Below, piece by piece: positions 11,261-24,000 of a DNA stretch of 64,000 nucleotides. Position 1 is the first letter of the stretch. Each line of letters begins with the position of its first letter. The notes beneath the pieces were generated by a model. It worked only from the letters and a program-made list of their open reading frames with translations, did no database searches and was not told the origin of the DNA. A program made the position numbers and the translations under genes. The stretch is from Ascidiella aspersa (Eukaryota). Location of the stretch: contig OZ004612.1 of assembly GCA_963924565.1 (NCBI GenBank), positions 14,756,001 through 14,820,000 of the forward strand. Reading direction: 5' to 3'.

Positions 11261-11800
11261 GTTGTTCAGCAACATACATAGGGGAAAAAACCAGATCTGG
11301 CAGAGCATGCGGTTGAACTCCGACACGGAATTGATTGGGATAACTGTAGAATTCTAGACTGGGAACCACACTATTACAAAAGATGGTTCATTGAATTATT
11401 CCGGATTGACAAATCTCCTAACACCATGAATAAAAAGGATTCATGGTATCCGGCAATCTACTCGTCGTTGTAGCTATACGCAATAGCTGATAAACGCCCG
11501 TTGTCCGACGGCGCAGTTCTGCACCGGATGACTCCGGCGCGTCACAGCTTATCGCATACTTTAGCGACGTCTAGAATTATTAATTTTAATCTACGTTTTT
11601 CAATTTTTTACTTCTCAGTATATAAGATGGCTAACGCACTCTCGTTTTAATTATTAACCCTGATGAGGTCAGCTGGCATCTGCTGCCGAAACGTCGGTTT
11701 ATACTTCGTTTACACCAGAAGAGCAATTTATAGTTATTGATATGATGCCTGCTGGAGCTAACTCTATTTTATAATGATCCCTAATGGCCAACTAACAAAT
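11261..11800 (+). mobile_element. Penelope-like retroelement remnant: truncated GIY-YIG endonuclease C-terminus plus pseudo-LTR
   Basis: 11263-11298 encodes CSATYIGEKTRS (YIG motif). After a frameshift/deletion, 11297-11473 encodes LAEHAVELRHGIDWDNCRILDWEPHYYKRWFIELFRIDKSPNTMNKKDSWYPAIYSSL*, the typical Penelope EN tail (LAEH..H.IDW..IL..E....R...E..I...MN). It is followed by a TATA-like tatataag and a hammerhead ribozyme. The 3' boundary is approximate. Confidence 0.85.
11656..11699 (+). ncRNA. Minimal type I hammerhead ribozyme in the Penelope pseudo-LTR
   Basis: aacc-CTGATGA(11660-11666)-gg(t)cagc/tggcatct/gctgcc (stem II)-GAAA(11688-11691)-cGTC(11695)-ggtt. Stem I is aacc/ggtt; stem III is a palindromic ACGT mini-stem. 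Confidence 0.8.
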
Positions 11801-13048
11801 GCTAAGAATGCATCAACGATAAAACAACAATCAAGACATATGTCATAAATAAAATACAGGGGTTCAACTTCAAGTTGCGATCACATTTATGTGCAAATAA
11901 ACTGTGATAATAAAGATTTAAATATATTGTTTTTTTTATTTATATTATTTTACATGCCTCTTTCTTATTTTGTTGGCCTATCTCTTGTAAACCTGTAGAT
12001 TTCTTATTAACCTTTTTTAAAACATTTTCAAATAACTTTTTTACTAAAACTGTGTCCCAAAACACTTGTAAACAGCATAACCATAAAAAAACAGTCACCG
12101 TTTCGGTCTGTTCATAATCACGTTTTGTCATTTCACTCAGAATTTCATTGAACTTGCTAAAACGACTGCTAGAAAGTATGTCAATTATTACTTCAATAAA
12201 ATTTATTTTATCAGCTTTTTTGTTGCATTTTATGCTATAAATACATATAATAAAAAAATATGAGCACCACTCAGCAGGCATCTTTAGATGGCAATTTTAT
12301 ATTTCGAACCTGAAAAGAAAGGCAGAATTCGATGTTCTTTCATTTTGAGGTGCACATAAAACTTGAATAATTGGATGTCTTTGTACTTTTTGGAGACCTT
12401 GTGTATACTGTATCGAGCAACATATAGCCTATACTAACTTTTCTATTTATAAAATAGGATTGTAAAGCTGTATCTCCTTCTTTGTTTTAGACAATTTCAT
12501 TGAATAAATATAAAATTTGCTTTGCAGCTTCCAATTATGGTAAATTTAAAAATAACTTTTCGGATATTGTGATATTATGCAACCCGGTTGATATTTTCTT
12601 AAAAATAACTGCAACCAATCCGTAATTACTTCATAAGCTAGAATGGAAGCTGAATCTCTCCCGGCAGGGACACTAAACTGATGGTCGCTTCTGGTGTTGG
12701 CTTGATTAGTGGTTGTAATTCCACTTCTAGGGGAACGTTAAGCAGTTCGGCTATTACCTCACTTGTCACTGTCAGCCCAATACTTGACATGCTATATTAT
12801 ATTAAACTGACAAAATAAACATGGATATAATTAGAGAAGTTCGTGCATTAACTGAAACGCTGAATAAAATACGCGACAACAATACGCAGGTAAACAAACG
12901 ACATGAATACTCTACCTATAATTGCCGCCGAAACCCGTGTTTTTAACAAATCGTGTCAGTGTTACTCATGCGTGACGAGACCCAGTGAGCCTTCTATGAA
13001 ATTAGTATTCTATGGCGCAACTAGTGGTTGAAAATTGAGTCCAATTAA

Positions 13049-13180
13049 GGCTGGTTCCCACTAGACGCGTCTAGCGTTAACGTCAAACGTTTTTAAAAAA
13101 ACGCTTTCGGTTAGTGGCGAGGAAATTTGCCGTTAACGCTGGCAACCCGTTATGTGTGACGCGTCTAGTGTGAACCAGCC
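13049..13180. mobile_element. Short palindromic MITE, PIF/Harbinger-like
   Basis: TIRs ggctggttcccactagacgcgtc / gacgcgtctagtgtgaaccagcc. Preceded by TAA; the right target duplication is imperfect. Confidence 0.7.
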
Positions 13181-13805
13181 TTTTGCCATTTGAACACCAG
13201 TTAGTGATGGATTGGGCATCTGGTAGCCAATGTTTGTTAGTGGATGACACAGACAAACACCATATAAAACACAGCAACTAATTCAGGACATCCATGAGAT
13301 ATCAAAAGCAATTAAATAAAATACCTGATTCTACTTATGCATATAGCTGCAATTAAACCTTACTACTGCCTGCTGCTGTTACCATTATACGAAAATAAAT
13401 GCTAAGAAATGTTGTTGTCAGAACAGCGTTAACAACCATCATAGTTAAATGTACATAAAAATACATTAACTAGACCGATCAAAAAGGCCATTTCAAAGAT
13501 TTGTATATCATATAAGTTGATTTTACTTAACTTGACGTTGCCTTGTTGGAATAAAAAAAAATATTTTCTGGTGCCAGCAAAAACGAAGTATATTTCTATC
13601 AGCAGGAGCTAAAATCAAGTTATTCTGCTTTGTTAGTATTGTGTATAGTACCAAGCATACCAATACATCACTAATCCCTTAAAATTCGGTAAAACAAACA
13701 CCAAATATTGCCATAAAGACAATTTTAAGATACCTCTCCCATAAGCAGTAATGCAAAATTTACGCACTTTTGAAACCTTTCAAGATGGCGTAGAAGCCTT
13801 CTTAT

Positions 13806-14374
13806 CAGGGAGTCGAACCGTCTGACTTTTCCGGTTCAGATTCGGTTCGGGTTCAAGGATGTTTTTGGAATCCGGTTCAGTTCCGGTTTTGATTCGGAAG
13901 AATTTAAAAGTTCCGCTTCAGCTCCGGTTCAACCATTGTTATTTCAAAACCGGTTCATAAAGTTCCGGTTCAGATACAATATAATTTGCGTTAAATCTCA
14001 AAATGTGGGTGGATAAATATAGAGAATAAATCTAAGTTACGTGACTTATTAAAAAAAACAGCAACTAATTATTGAAATATCTAAAACATAAATAATCAAC
14101 AATTTTTTCATTCAATATTTATATTTTTTTCATAAAATTTCGAACATGGCGTAACTTGACTCTGTAAAGTACAAGTTGTGACGTCATACTGGAGTGAACC
14201 GCTTTTATTTCCAGGTTCGGGTTCGGTTAAGGTTCAGGTACTTTCAAATTATTCGGTTGAGTTCCGGTTCGGCTCCTAAAATCTTATAAAAAACGGTTCA
14301 GGTTCGGTTACGGTTCGGAAAAAAATTGACCCAAAACCGGTTCATAAAGTTCCGGTTCGGTTCCGGACTCCCTG
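13806..14374. mobile_element. hAT-family MITE with internal GGTTCC/GGTTCA subterminal repeats
   Basis: TIR cagggagtc(c)gaaccg / cggttccggactccctg. 8-bp target-site duplication cttcttat / cttctaat (7/8 match). Confidence 0.85.
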
Positions 14375-15089
14375 CTTCTAATTGGCTTCAAAAACCGCTC
14401 ACGCGTGCCACTAGTTGCGGTATCCAGGTTTCATAGAGATCAGTGGATCAGTGACTATTCTACGTTTTTTGTGTTTTTTTTGGGTTGCGGGTTACCACAA
14501 ATACAATGTTTGCTAAGTGTTGCATGTCACTTTATTGTTATTGCAGCTGCAAATTATGCGCCTCTGTAGAAACTAATAATTACGACCGCACAATGATTAC
14601 GGCCACCCAAACAGACCTTGTTTGTAAATATTTTGTAAAATTTGAACTGGTAAAACATATCGGTTTTGGGTATTACCGAAAAAGCAAACCCTAGTAAATC
14701 TGCCTTTTTCTTTTCTAAAGCTAATGAAAGTCGTCTACTCACTCGACGAAGGAAACACGAGACTTCTATGTAGTCAGTCTGTCAGGGTTTTTGATGCCAC
14801 TGATAGTAACTCAATCATACGTTCTTTTGTTTTATAACAACTTGCAGTGGGAACTATAATGGATTTCGAACAAATGTCAACGAAGATATGTACATTGCTT
14901 TGTAATGAATGACGTTTTGACGTTATTTATCCAACTGCATTGAAGTTAATAGGTGCGCTTAAATGTGTTCTCTCTGTATATAACGATTAGCCATGGGTCA
15001 ATTATATTAAAATATCTCCATGGTAAAATCAGTTATTTTAAAATAAGGAAGTATTGAGTTAGGTGCTAAGTTGACTTTTTGTGGCGATA

Positions 15090-18000
15090 ATGGCTGAAAT
15101 GACTGAGACTAATCTTACTTCGGGTGAAGCTATGCTGGGTGAGGAATCAACTGTCCAGCTGCTAAAGAATGGAAAAGGTGTTGAAGTTGCAGTATTGGAC
15201 AAAAGTAACAAATACAAGCAAATTGAAGCAGAAAGAAATAGTGAAACAAGAACTAAGCTGTACAAAAGGCGATTCCTAGTTCTTGGCATTTTTTGCCTCT
15301 ACTCCATGTCAAGTGCTTTTCAGTGGATTGAATATGCAATCATTACTGACATAGTGTTAAAATATTACAATAACAGCTCAGTACTAGCTGTAGCATGGAC
15401 TTCAATGATTTACATGCTTACTTATATTCCACTAATGTTTGTTGCAACATGGATGCTGGATAACTGGGGTATGCGGCGGAGTTTGCTATTCGGTGCAACC
15501 TTGAATGCAATTGGGGCTCTCATCAAAATACCCAGTGTCAACCAAGATTTTTTTTGGCTCACATTTACAGGTATCTATTGGAAACTCGTTATCAACAAAA
15601 TTACACATTTTAGCAATTGTCAGTTGTTTTACCCTTTCACACTTGTGTAAAATTAATCTAGAACATATACTAAATAGAGTTAAGCCCTATTTCCTTTTAA
15701 ATCTAAGATACTCTCAATTATTTAGCCAGTTAATACCAACATGTAATAATAATTTCTTTACATATTATACCAATGTGCTTATTAGTTATTATATTATATA
15801 TTTTTAGGTCAATCAGTTGCAGCTTGTGCTCAATCCTTTATCCTTGAAATTCCCCCAAAGATTGCTTCTTTGTGGTTCAGTGCTTCTGAAGTTTCAACTG
15901 CTACTTCTGTTGGAGTGTTTGGTAATCAGGTAACAAACTGTTGGCCAAAATTGTGATATAAGTTCAGAATGAAACAATTTTGATGCACTTATGTTAAATA
16001 ATTAATTTAGAAATAAACTGGTAGCACAGAATCAGTGGAATTATAATATATTACAAGTGAAAAAAAAAACTTTATGCAGTTAGTTGGAGCTCTTCGCTGC
16101 ATAGGCATAGCAATATAATAAGGGTGTTTTTAGCAAGTTATACCAATTTAATTATTTTGCATGGTTAGAATTGTGCAAATGTATGCAGGATTACTTAAAG
16201 CAATTACATGCCTTACTTTTTGTTTCACCATTTTGCATTAAGTTGTGTATGTTTTAATTGTGTAAAATTGGTGCATTGTATTCTTAAGCTACACATTTAT
16301 GTTATATATGATTAAAGCACATAATAGCAATTTTGTATAAACAACTGTGCCATTAGGGAATGTGGTGTTAAGTCTCTCTTGTGAATAGTATTGCCTACTT
16401 TATAAACCAAATATTTTTCTAGATGTCAACAGATAACAATGTATAATTAATCCATTTTTTAAATAAACAACAGGCTTAATTTGCATGTTAATTCTAGTTA
16501 TAAATACCATTAAACAAACTCTATATATTGAATTATTTAGACATGGATTTCATTTTTTAACATGAAGTTCAAGCCAAATTGGCCCAATTTGTTGTATTTA
16601 TAGTAACTTAAGTAAGAAATTTCACTATTTACAGATTGGACAGAATTAACTGCAGAATACTACCAACCCAATTTTTTTTTTAAATAAATTCACACCAATT
16701 AATTAGATTTGCTTAAGTTTTCAGACCGCTTCTAAATGCACCAGCAATAAAAAACTGCCCACAATCTAAACAAGGTTGTAATTTACAACATTTCCTCAAA
16801 TACTAGATGTTTCCATTAACACAGTGACCAAAAGTGCCGTATTAGTATTACCAAGTAAGATCTATCTTAACGATTAAAAAATTGGAGCAAATGGGTATAA
16901 AAAAAGGCACTAAAAAAACAGGGTTTTATATTTTTTTTAAAGAATTCTATATCTCCATAAAAAAGCCTTAATATACAATTACATATACATAAATTAAAGT
17001 AGCGAAATATCCATGTGCTTTTATTTTTGTTCAATAAATTCTTTAATTCCTATGTACAATAATAATGTTTTGTGATTGCATTTAATCAAACGCTTAAAAA
17101 GAACCTGTAAGTGTTAATGTAAACCGTTAGCTTCCCGTGACCTTAAATAGTTTAATATCCATCAAATGTTTTACTATTTTACTGGCATTGTGAATTTAAG
17201 AGACTTTTAACTTGTTGGCTTAGAGGCGCACCTATATCTGCATGCATTAAACAGAGACCTGGTTAATGCCGTTGGTGTTATTTTGAAGACCCTGTGTGGC
17301 CAGGCCAGTTTCAGGAAATGTTAGCTATCAAAAAATATTCACCTTGCCACCACACTAATAACCTCTATGCAGAAGGTCAGTGAAGGTTCTGTCCTTCAGT
17401 AAAGCTTAATTGCCACACTGGTCAATTTAGTTATACCACAGACAGTCTGCCAAGATAAAACGAATTCTTTACCTCATGGCTTAGTCATATGTTAGCATTA
17501 ACCACCTAAGGCACATCTGAGATAAGTAGACTACTTGTTCAATTATACTACGTTTGTCAAAAAAGTCCACTGAAACATGAAGATAATTTGATTAAAATGA
17601 TCTGTTGCACTTACAAAAACGCAGTTACAAAAACTGTTAACTTAATATTAAAAAAAAAACATATCCTCTAGAGAAAATCCAATTTTTTAACAGTTAGGTA
17701 ATTCTGCAGAATAAATTTAAACACACAAAATAAGAACAAGACTGGTATAATCCTAGCTATTTAAACATACTTAACAGACTATTTATTTTTACATGCAAAG
17801 GTTTGTATAGTTGTAAAGAAAATTTGTGTTATGTAAAATCAACCAAAAAAATACTAATGTTACACACTTATTTTTCCTTATTTTAAAAGCAAAAACATCT
17901 AATGTTGTTCGACAAACATGTCTCTACCAGTCACCTTTAAATTATGTTTTTATTCTTTACATGTTTGCTGGCAGTTGGGTGTCGCTCTCGGTTTCCTTAT

Positions 18001-21000
18001 ACCTCCGATGATCGTTCCAAACTCAGATGACATGGAGGAGATTGCGACCGGGTTCCGGATCCTTTTCATCTCCTCCGCCACCGCTTGTACCATCGTGGTC
18101 TTCCTCATATTTTTCTGTAAGTCCCTATTTATGTTTCGAGTCCAAATGTACGTCCCTTTGCCAGTTTGATGTCAGACCGCGCAAACTACAGAACAATGTT
18201 TACGTCAGAACCAGAACGTAATTATTTAACTTCCATTGACGTCTAGTACAATTCATCTTTATTTAATGTATTTCTTTGTTATTATTCCTTTCGGTTGTTT
18301 TGCGCAGTAGATCGATTAAACCTATGGTTACGCAGCAAAATCTTTTTAACGACGTCATATTAATACTAAGCCTTTAACTTTTTACAGTTTTATTTCACAG
18401 AAATTTGCTTTTATTAAGGTTTGCGTTAAGTGTTTTGCGTTTTCTAAAATTGGGAAATAAATAAACTTTTCACTGGCTGTTATAACACTTTAGTTGTATT
18501 TCGAAGTAATTAAAAAGTACAATAAACATTTATGTTTCTGCGGACGTAGGAGCTAAAAGCATTATAATATTATATGTACGGATTTATTTTCGGCACAAAT
18601 TGTGTTTAAATGGAATCGTATCCGTGTTCACAATTTCTTGCGTCTAAATATTTTCTTAATAACTCCTCGTGCATGTAGACTGTATAGTATCTGTGAACTG
18701 TCGACATGCATTGCACAACTATAAATCTTGAGTAAAATTTAAATCGTCAATGCGTCGTTAAGTTTTACCGCACTTCGGATTGGTGTGTTTGCCTTTCCCC
18801 TTTACGAGATGTCCTTTGTCCGACTAGTTTACGAGTGCTCTAATTTTTTTGCTACTGAATTGGATAGCTTGGCGTGTTTTCTTTGCAGACTAGTGCTGTT
18901 CGGCCCACGAGTTGTCTTGATAATCTTTTTTAATGGGAAATTAAATATATTTGGGAAAAAGTACCCGCCTTTACAACTCCCCTTTCTTGACAAACGTTAT
19001 GTTGTTCCTTACTACTGTTTAATAATTAGATGAATGATATATAACAGCCTAATAAGATTTCACCGAATTGCAACTGGGGTGTATACTTTGCCAAACAAGA
19101 TGACTCCTATGCTGTAAAATTAGGTTACAAATATTTTTTTCAGTTTTTTTTATACTTTCTCACCGAAATATGGTGCCTTTTGCCGAAACCCTTATTTAAC
19201 TACAGCTGAAAACAATATATCGATCTTTGAAACGTATTTAGCCATGAGACTATAAAAATATTTTTTGTTCAAATTACATTTGCACAAAGTCTTTTTTTTG
19301 TTTGACGCCTTTATAATTGTATTCATGCAATGTGCTACACACATTTTATCCCTGCAGCCACGATTGTAGTTTTAGCGGTGCATTTTTGTGAATGATTGCA
19401 ACAATATGCCTTTCGTGGAAAGTTATTTCCACCGCCCCATTATAGGATCGTAAACAAAACTTATTCGAAAATCACGCGTCATCCAACACGATTTATGCAT
19501 TAGCGTTGCTTGTCACACTGGCTCTCGTCAACCTCTTGTCAGATTGGCTCTTTTCAATCTCTCATGCTTTAGGCTATTAATCCATTAATCGATCGCCATT
19601 ATTGCTGCCTGCAACAGTTGACATACTAACACCTAAAAAGCTTTGTTTGCCAAGTCGGTGTATAAAAAGCTCGGGTAAAATTGGCTCTATCGATATGTTT
19701 AAATATTATTTCAAACTCCGTTATGTTCAGTCATCCGCGACCGGCCTCCTGTGCCCCCCAGCATGGCTTGTGCTGCCGCCCTGGTGGCCGAAGATGAAAA
19801 CAAGGCCGGGCAGGTTTCTTCGCTAAGCAACTACAGGCGTTCGATCGGAGTGCTCCTGAGAAATGTTCCGTTTCTTCTTCTTTTGATCACATACGGTAAA
19901 AGCAAGCTAGTATTTTGTTGTAGCTTATAGATATATTAAATATCTTTTTTTATTACGCATATCCTTTATGCCTATGGTTCTACGGTCGAGTTGGCTATTC
20001 GTATATTGCAATGTATATAATTTGTCTGTTTAGTTTTGATACTGGTTCATTCGTGTATAACACATTCAGCTAAAAATCTTGTTTAAATCCATTCTAAATT
20101 TGTATACCAACAATGTATACTTACAATCTCATCGGGAATATTCTTAAAATATATTTCCTTTTATAACGTATGTATCAAGGCAACATCTTCTTGTATGAAA
20201 CCATTTTTCATATTTACGGTGTTCCCCATGCTTTATCGCAATTCCTTATCGTTTGTTATGTTACCGGACTCGCAATTTATTCATTAAGAAACCCTAGCCA
20301 ATATCCGGATTAGACAGCGAGGGCTATTTTGAGCCGTGCATTTACAGGGAGTGGGTATTGTGTTTTGTTCAATGGTTTTCTATATCCCTCTCGTCATTAT
20401 GCATTTTATCATACAAACAGGTTTTGGTTTGTAACCGCTTACGGCAATTCAGCTAAATACATTTTGGGTTTTAAATATACTAAAAATTGCGGTTAGTCAA
20501 AGAATAAAAGTACGATGCAATAAAAATGCATCGTTGAAAACTTGTGATAAAGTGATTTACGTCCATTTTCTTCAGTACGCAGAAAAACCCACATCAAAGC
20601 AAAAACTTTGTCCCGAATGGCACAGGTTGTCAAATCACTGGCTGTTAGTCAAATGAATTGAGTATCCAGGTAGACTTGTTCATTGAAGTTTTACTTTGCT
20701 AAACTGGACTTTCGAATTACTCAAAAAATTGAATTGCCTTATTAGAACGTAGTGGCAATAAACATTATCAAAACTTTCGTTTACAATTTACTGCAAATTG
20801 ATATACCGATTTGCATCCGATCAAAATTTTATTATAGACTCTAAAACAATTGCTTTATATATACTAATTGGTTTCGCCTTATAACAGTAGCAAACATGTT
20901 TAATAATAATATTTACCGCCTGTTTATAGTGTCAATTATTCACCCTCTCTAGTTTGTTTGGCAATGAATTAAAAGGCGCGCAGCCAAAGACAATCAGTTA

Positions 21001-24000
21001 CATCGACCTTTAATTTGGGGGATTTTTCTGTAGTTTTATGCTTTTTAGGTTTGAGGCAACTCACAAAACTCTATGTGGAATTGGCCCGTTTTCTATTAAT
21101 CTGATTGGCATGTTTTCCAAAACTTTCATAGAATAATAAACGCCATCTTTAATAACCACACCAATGCCTGTTGTTTGGAAAGGTGCCCTGATACCCTGGT
21201 ATATCACCTATGTTGCCTGGTATATCACCTATGACTAGAAAGCGTTCGGTCTATCGAAGTTTGCTGGATCCTTGAAACACGACACAGAGTGGCCTTTGTC
21301 CCTTGCAGACGTGTAACAGGCGACGTCACAACTAGGTCGTTTCGATCCCCACAAAGTACAGGTACAAAGTGCGAACGCTGTTGCAACGTTTAACCAAGTT
21401 GTTTTGTTACAGGTGTAAACACAGGGGTTTACTATGCTATCGGAACCCTTCTCAATCCCATCATGGTACCATTTCACCAGGTAAGTTTTAAAGCACAGCC
21501 TTGTGATATTAACTTGAAAGAGATTTTTTTATGTTTAACTTTTACGGATAAATGCATTTATTACGTTGGTCATGTTTAATCAATCCGATTCCTTAATCAG
21601 AAACATTAGTATAGATATTGTATTGCACATTATAAGGAATTAACTTACACAGCCCTGTACATATTACTTACTAGCAGCCTCCACTTATAGAGACGCTCTA
21701 CCAAACAATAAACATTTGTATTTTCACTGCTAACAGAGGATTTTATACTAAACAACTTGGCGACCTGGAGTCCTGAAGGAAAATTATAGTTGTTGTTTTT
21801 TCGTGATCTTTAACCAACATTAACATATAGCTAGCATTAAAATCGCTTTATTAAGTCTTTTGGCGTCCGCACTATTTTAAACAAAAAAATACATTAAATT
21901 ATAAACTTTGGCCTGCGTTAATGTTTAGGGTTGCGCGTTTCTACCCAAAAGGCTACCAGTGTCGTGTTGCGTATGTTTAGATGCGAAATGGAAAGTTAAA
22001 ATATCATGTTGATTTCCTAAATGCAGAAAATATTTCAACTTAATAAATTTAGAAATTCTACTTTCGTTTGTCAGCAATTTGTACGTGAACGATTGAATGA
22101 TATTCCTCGTGCTACATATCTCTATCTCTTACTGTAACAATCCTTTTGTTTTTGACTTTTGAGCAAAACTGTTCAGAAAACCTCTGATATTTTTGTTTTG
22201 ATGTTTTCATTGCTGGTAAGCTTGAACTCTGTTAAAAGTTCGCGGTTTTCCGTGTTCCTTTGGTCGCCAAGGACAGTGGTTCAAAGTCCCAGGAGAGGCT
22301 TTTTCTGCGAGTCGCGTGTGAACAACACCCTCAATTTTAAATGCGTGGCCAGATTGGCGTCACGTACAAAGGTTGACAGGCGTTCGATCAGCTGCATGAA
22401 TAATGCCTATCCTTTGTACTAAGTTAACGCCTTTTGTCATTACTGTATACTAGAGATCGACTGATATCATTTTTTGAACGATACCACCAGATTTTTAACG
22501 TTTTGCCAACCAAAACGCGATACCGATTTTTGTATGTATACCTGAAATATAGTCAAAATTTGAAATAGTTGAAAATAAAAATTCTAACAACATTTCAGTT
22601 TAAACTCGTATATTTATTAAACTCTTTGCACATTGACTTTATGCTAAACATAAAAAAGGAGAGCTACTATTTTTTTACAAAAACCTTCATTATAATTTCT
22701 TATTAAATACCGGGCGGATTATCTTTCATAATTGAACAAAACTGATATATCGGTAGGCGATAAGCTTGTCTATGCGTTGCGCTGTTGTCGCCAGAGCACA
22801 CCATCGACCTGTCTCTATTTGTGACATCATACCCAAATATTTCTCGTAATAATAATCGTTATTGTGATACAAAACTAGTCTCGCAACTTTATTTCTGACT
22901 GCTGTTTGAACATTCAACTTTTTTCTAACTGTTTCAACATTCACTAATATCATTACAGATATTTATTTTTTTAGTTGTCGTCGTCGTGGCCCCCAGAGAA
23001 AGGGCAAACGACCCACCCGGGGGTAGCGACCCCCAGGTTGAAAACCACTGGTGTAGAGTATGTTCACTTTTCTTTACGATGACTCTACTCTTGATTTGTA
23101 ATGTAAAAATGACTTTTACTAGAAGCCTTTGCCAAGTTGTTGACAAATCCTAACTACATTCTTATACCTAAGCAATAAAAATTCCCGGGTCTTGGCGTTT
23201 TGCTAGCCTTCCACATGTTTTTGAACTCAGGATTCAGGTCAGGAAATCGGTCTGATCGGACTAACGATGGTGGTGGCCGGATTGGGCGGTTCAGTTATAT
23301 GCGGAATCTTTCTCGACCGGACCAAGTTGTACAAGTAAGGAAAAAGAGTGGTTGAATTTGGTAACTTAAAGAGTGACCTAAAAGTTTGTTTTCTTGAAGG
23401 GTGGCCTAAAAAGTTTATTTCCTTAAGAAAATATCATTGTATACACTGTTAAAATGTAACCTGTTTTGCTTTTGTTGCCTAACCCTGTTCTCGTTACTAA
23501 GTATCGCTATAGAATAGAAAATAGACAATAGACTATACTTGAAAGGATTGCGAAATAAACCGAACGTATAACTAATACTTCTTTTTCAGGATTACCACCG
23601 TTGGAATATATTTCTTGTCGATGGCCTTCATGGTGGTCTTTACCTTTACTCTACCTCTCGGTTACCTGTGGGTCGACTTTTTGACCATAGGCATGTTGGG
23701 GTAAGTTATTGTGGCTTGGTAATAAACAGTTTTGCGTGTCAATTGGTTTGCAGTGGGAGTGTTTGTTTCTATTTCATTTTTTATATAGGAATTATTGTCA
23801 TTTTTTGTTATTACAACCCCTCACTTATTTCGATTTTCGGTTTTCGGTATTACTATTTCTTCGGGCAATGTCCAATGAATTTTTATTGGTCTTAGCAAAA
23901 TTGAACTGCTTTTCTTTGATCTCCTTAACCACGGGTAAATGCTTGTTTCTTTTTTCCCCGTTTAGTTTCTTTATGACCGGTTACCTGCCGATCGGTTTCG

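Noticed and set aside
13820-14370. Regularly recurring GGTTC motifs as a possible CRISPR-like array
   Set aside because: Eukaryotic context with no constant repeat-spacer structure. They are subterminal repeats of a hAT MITE.
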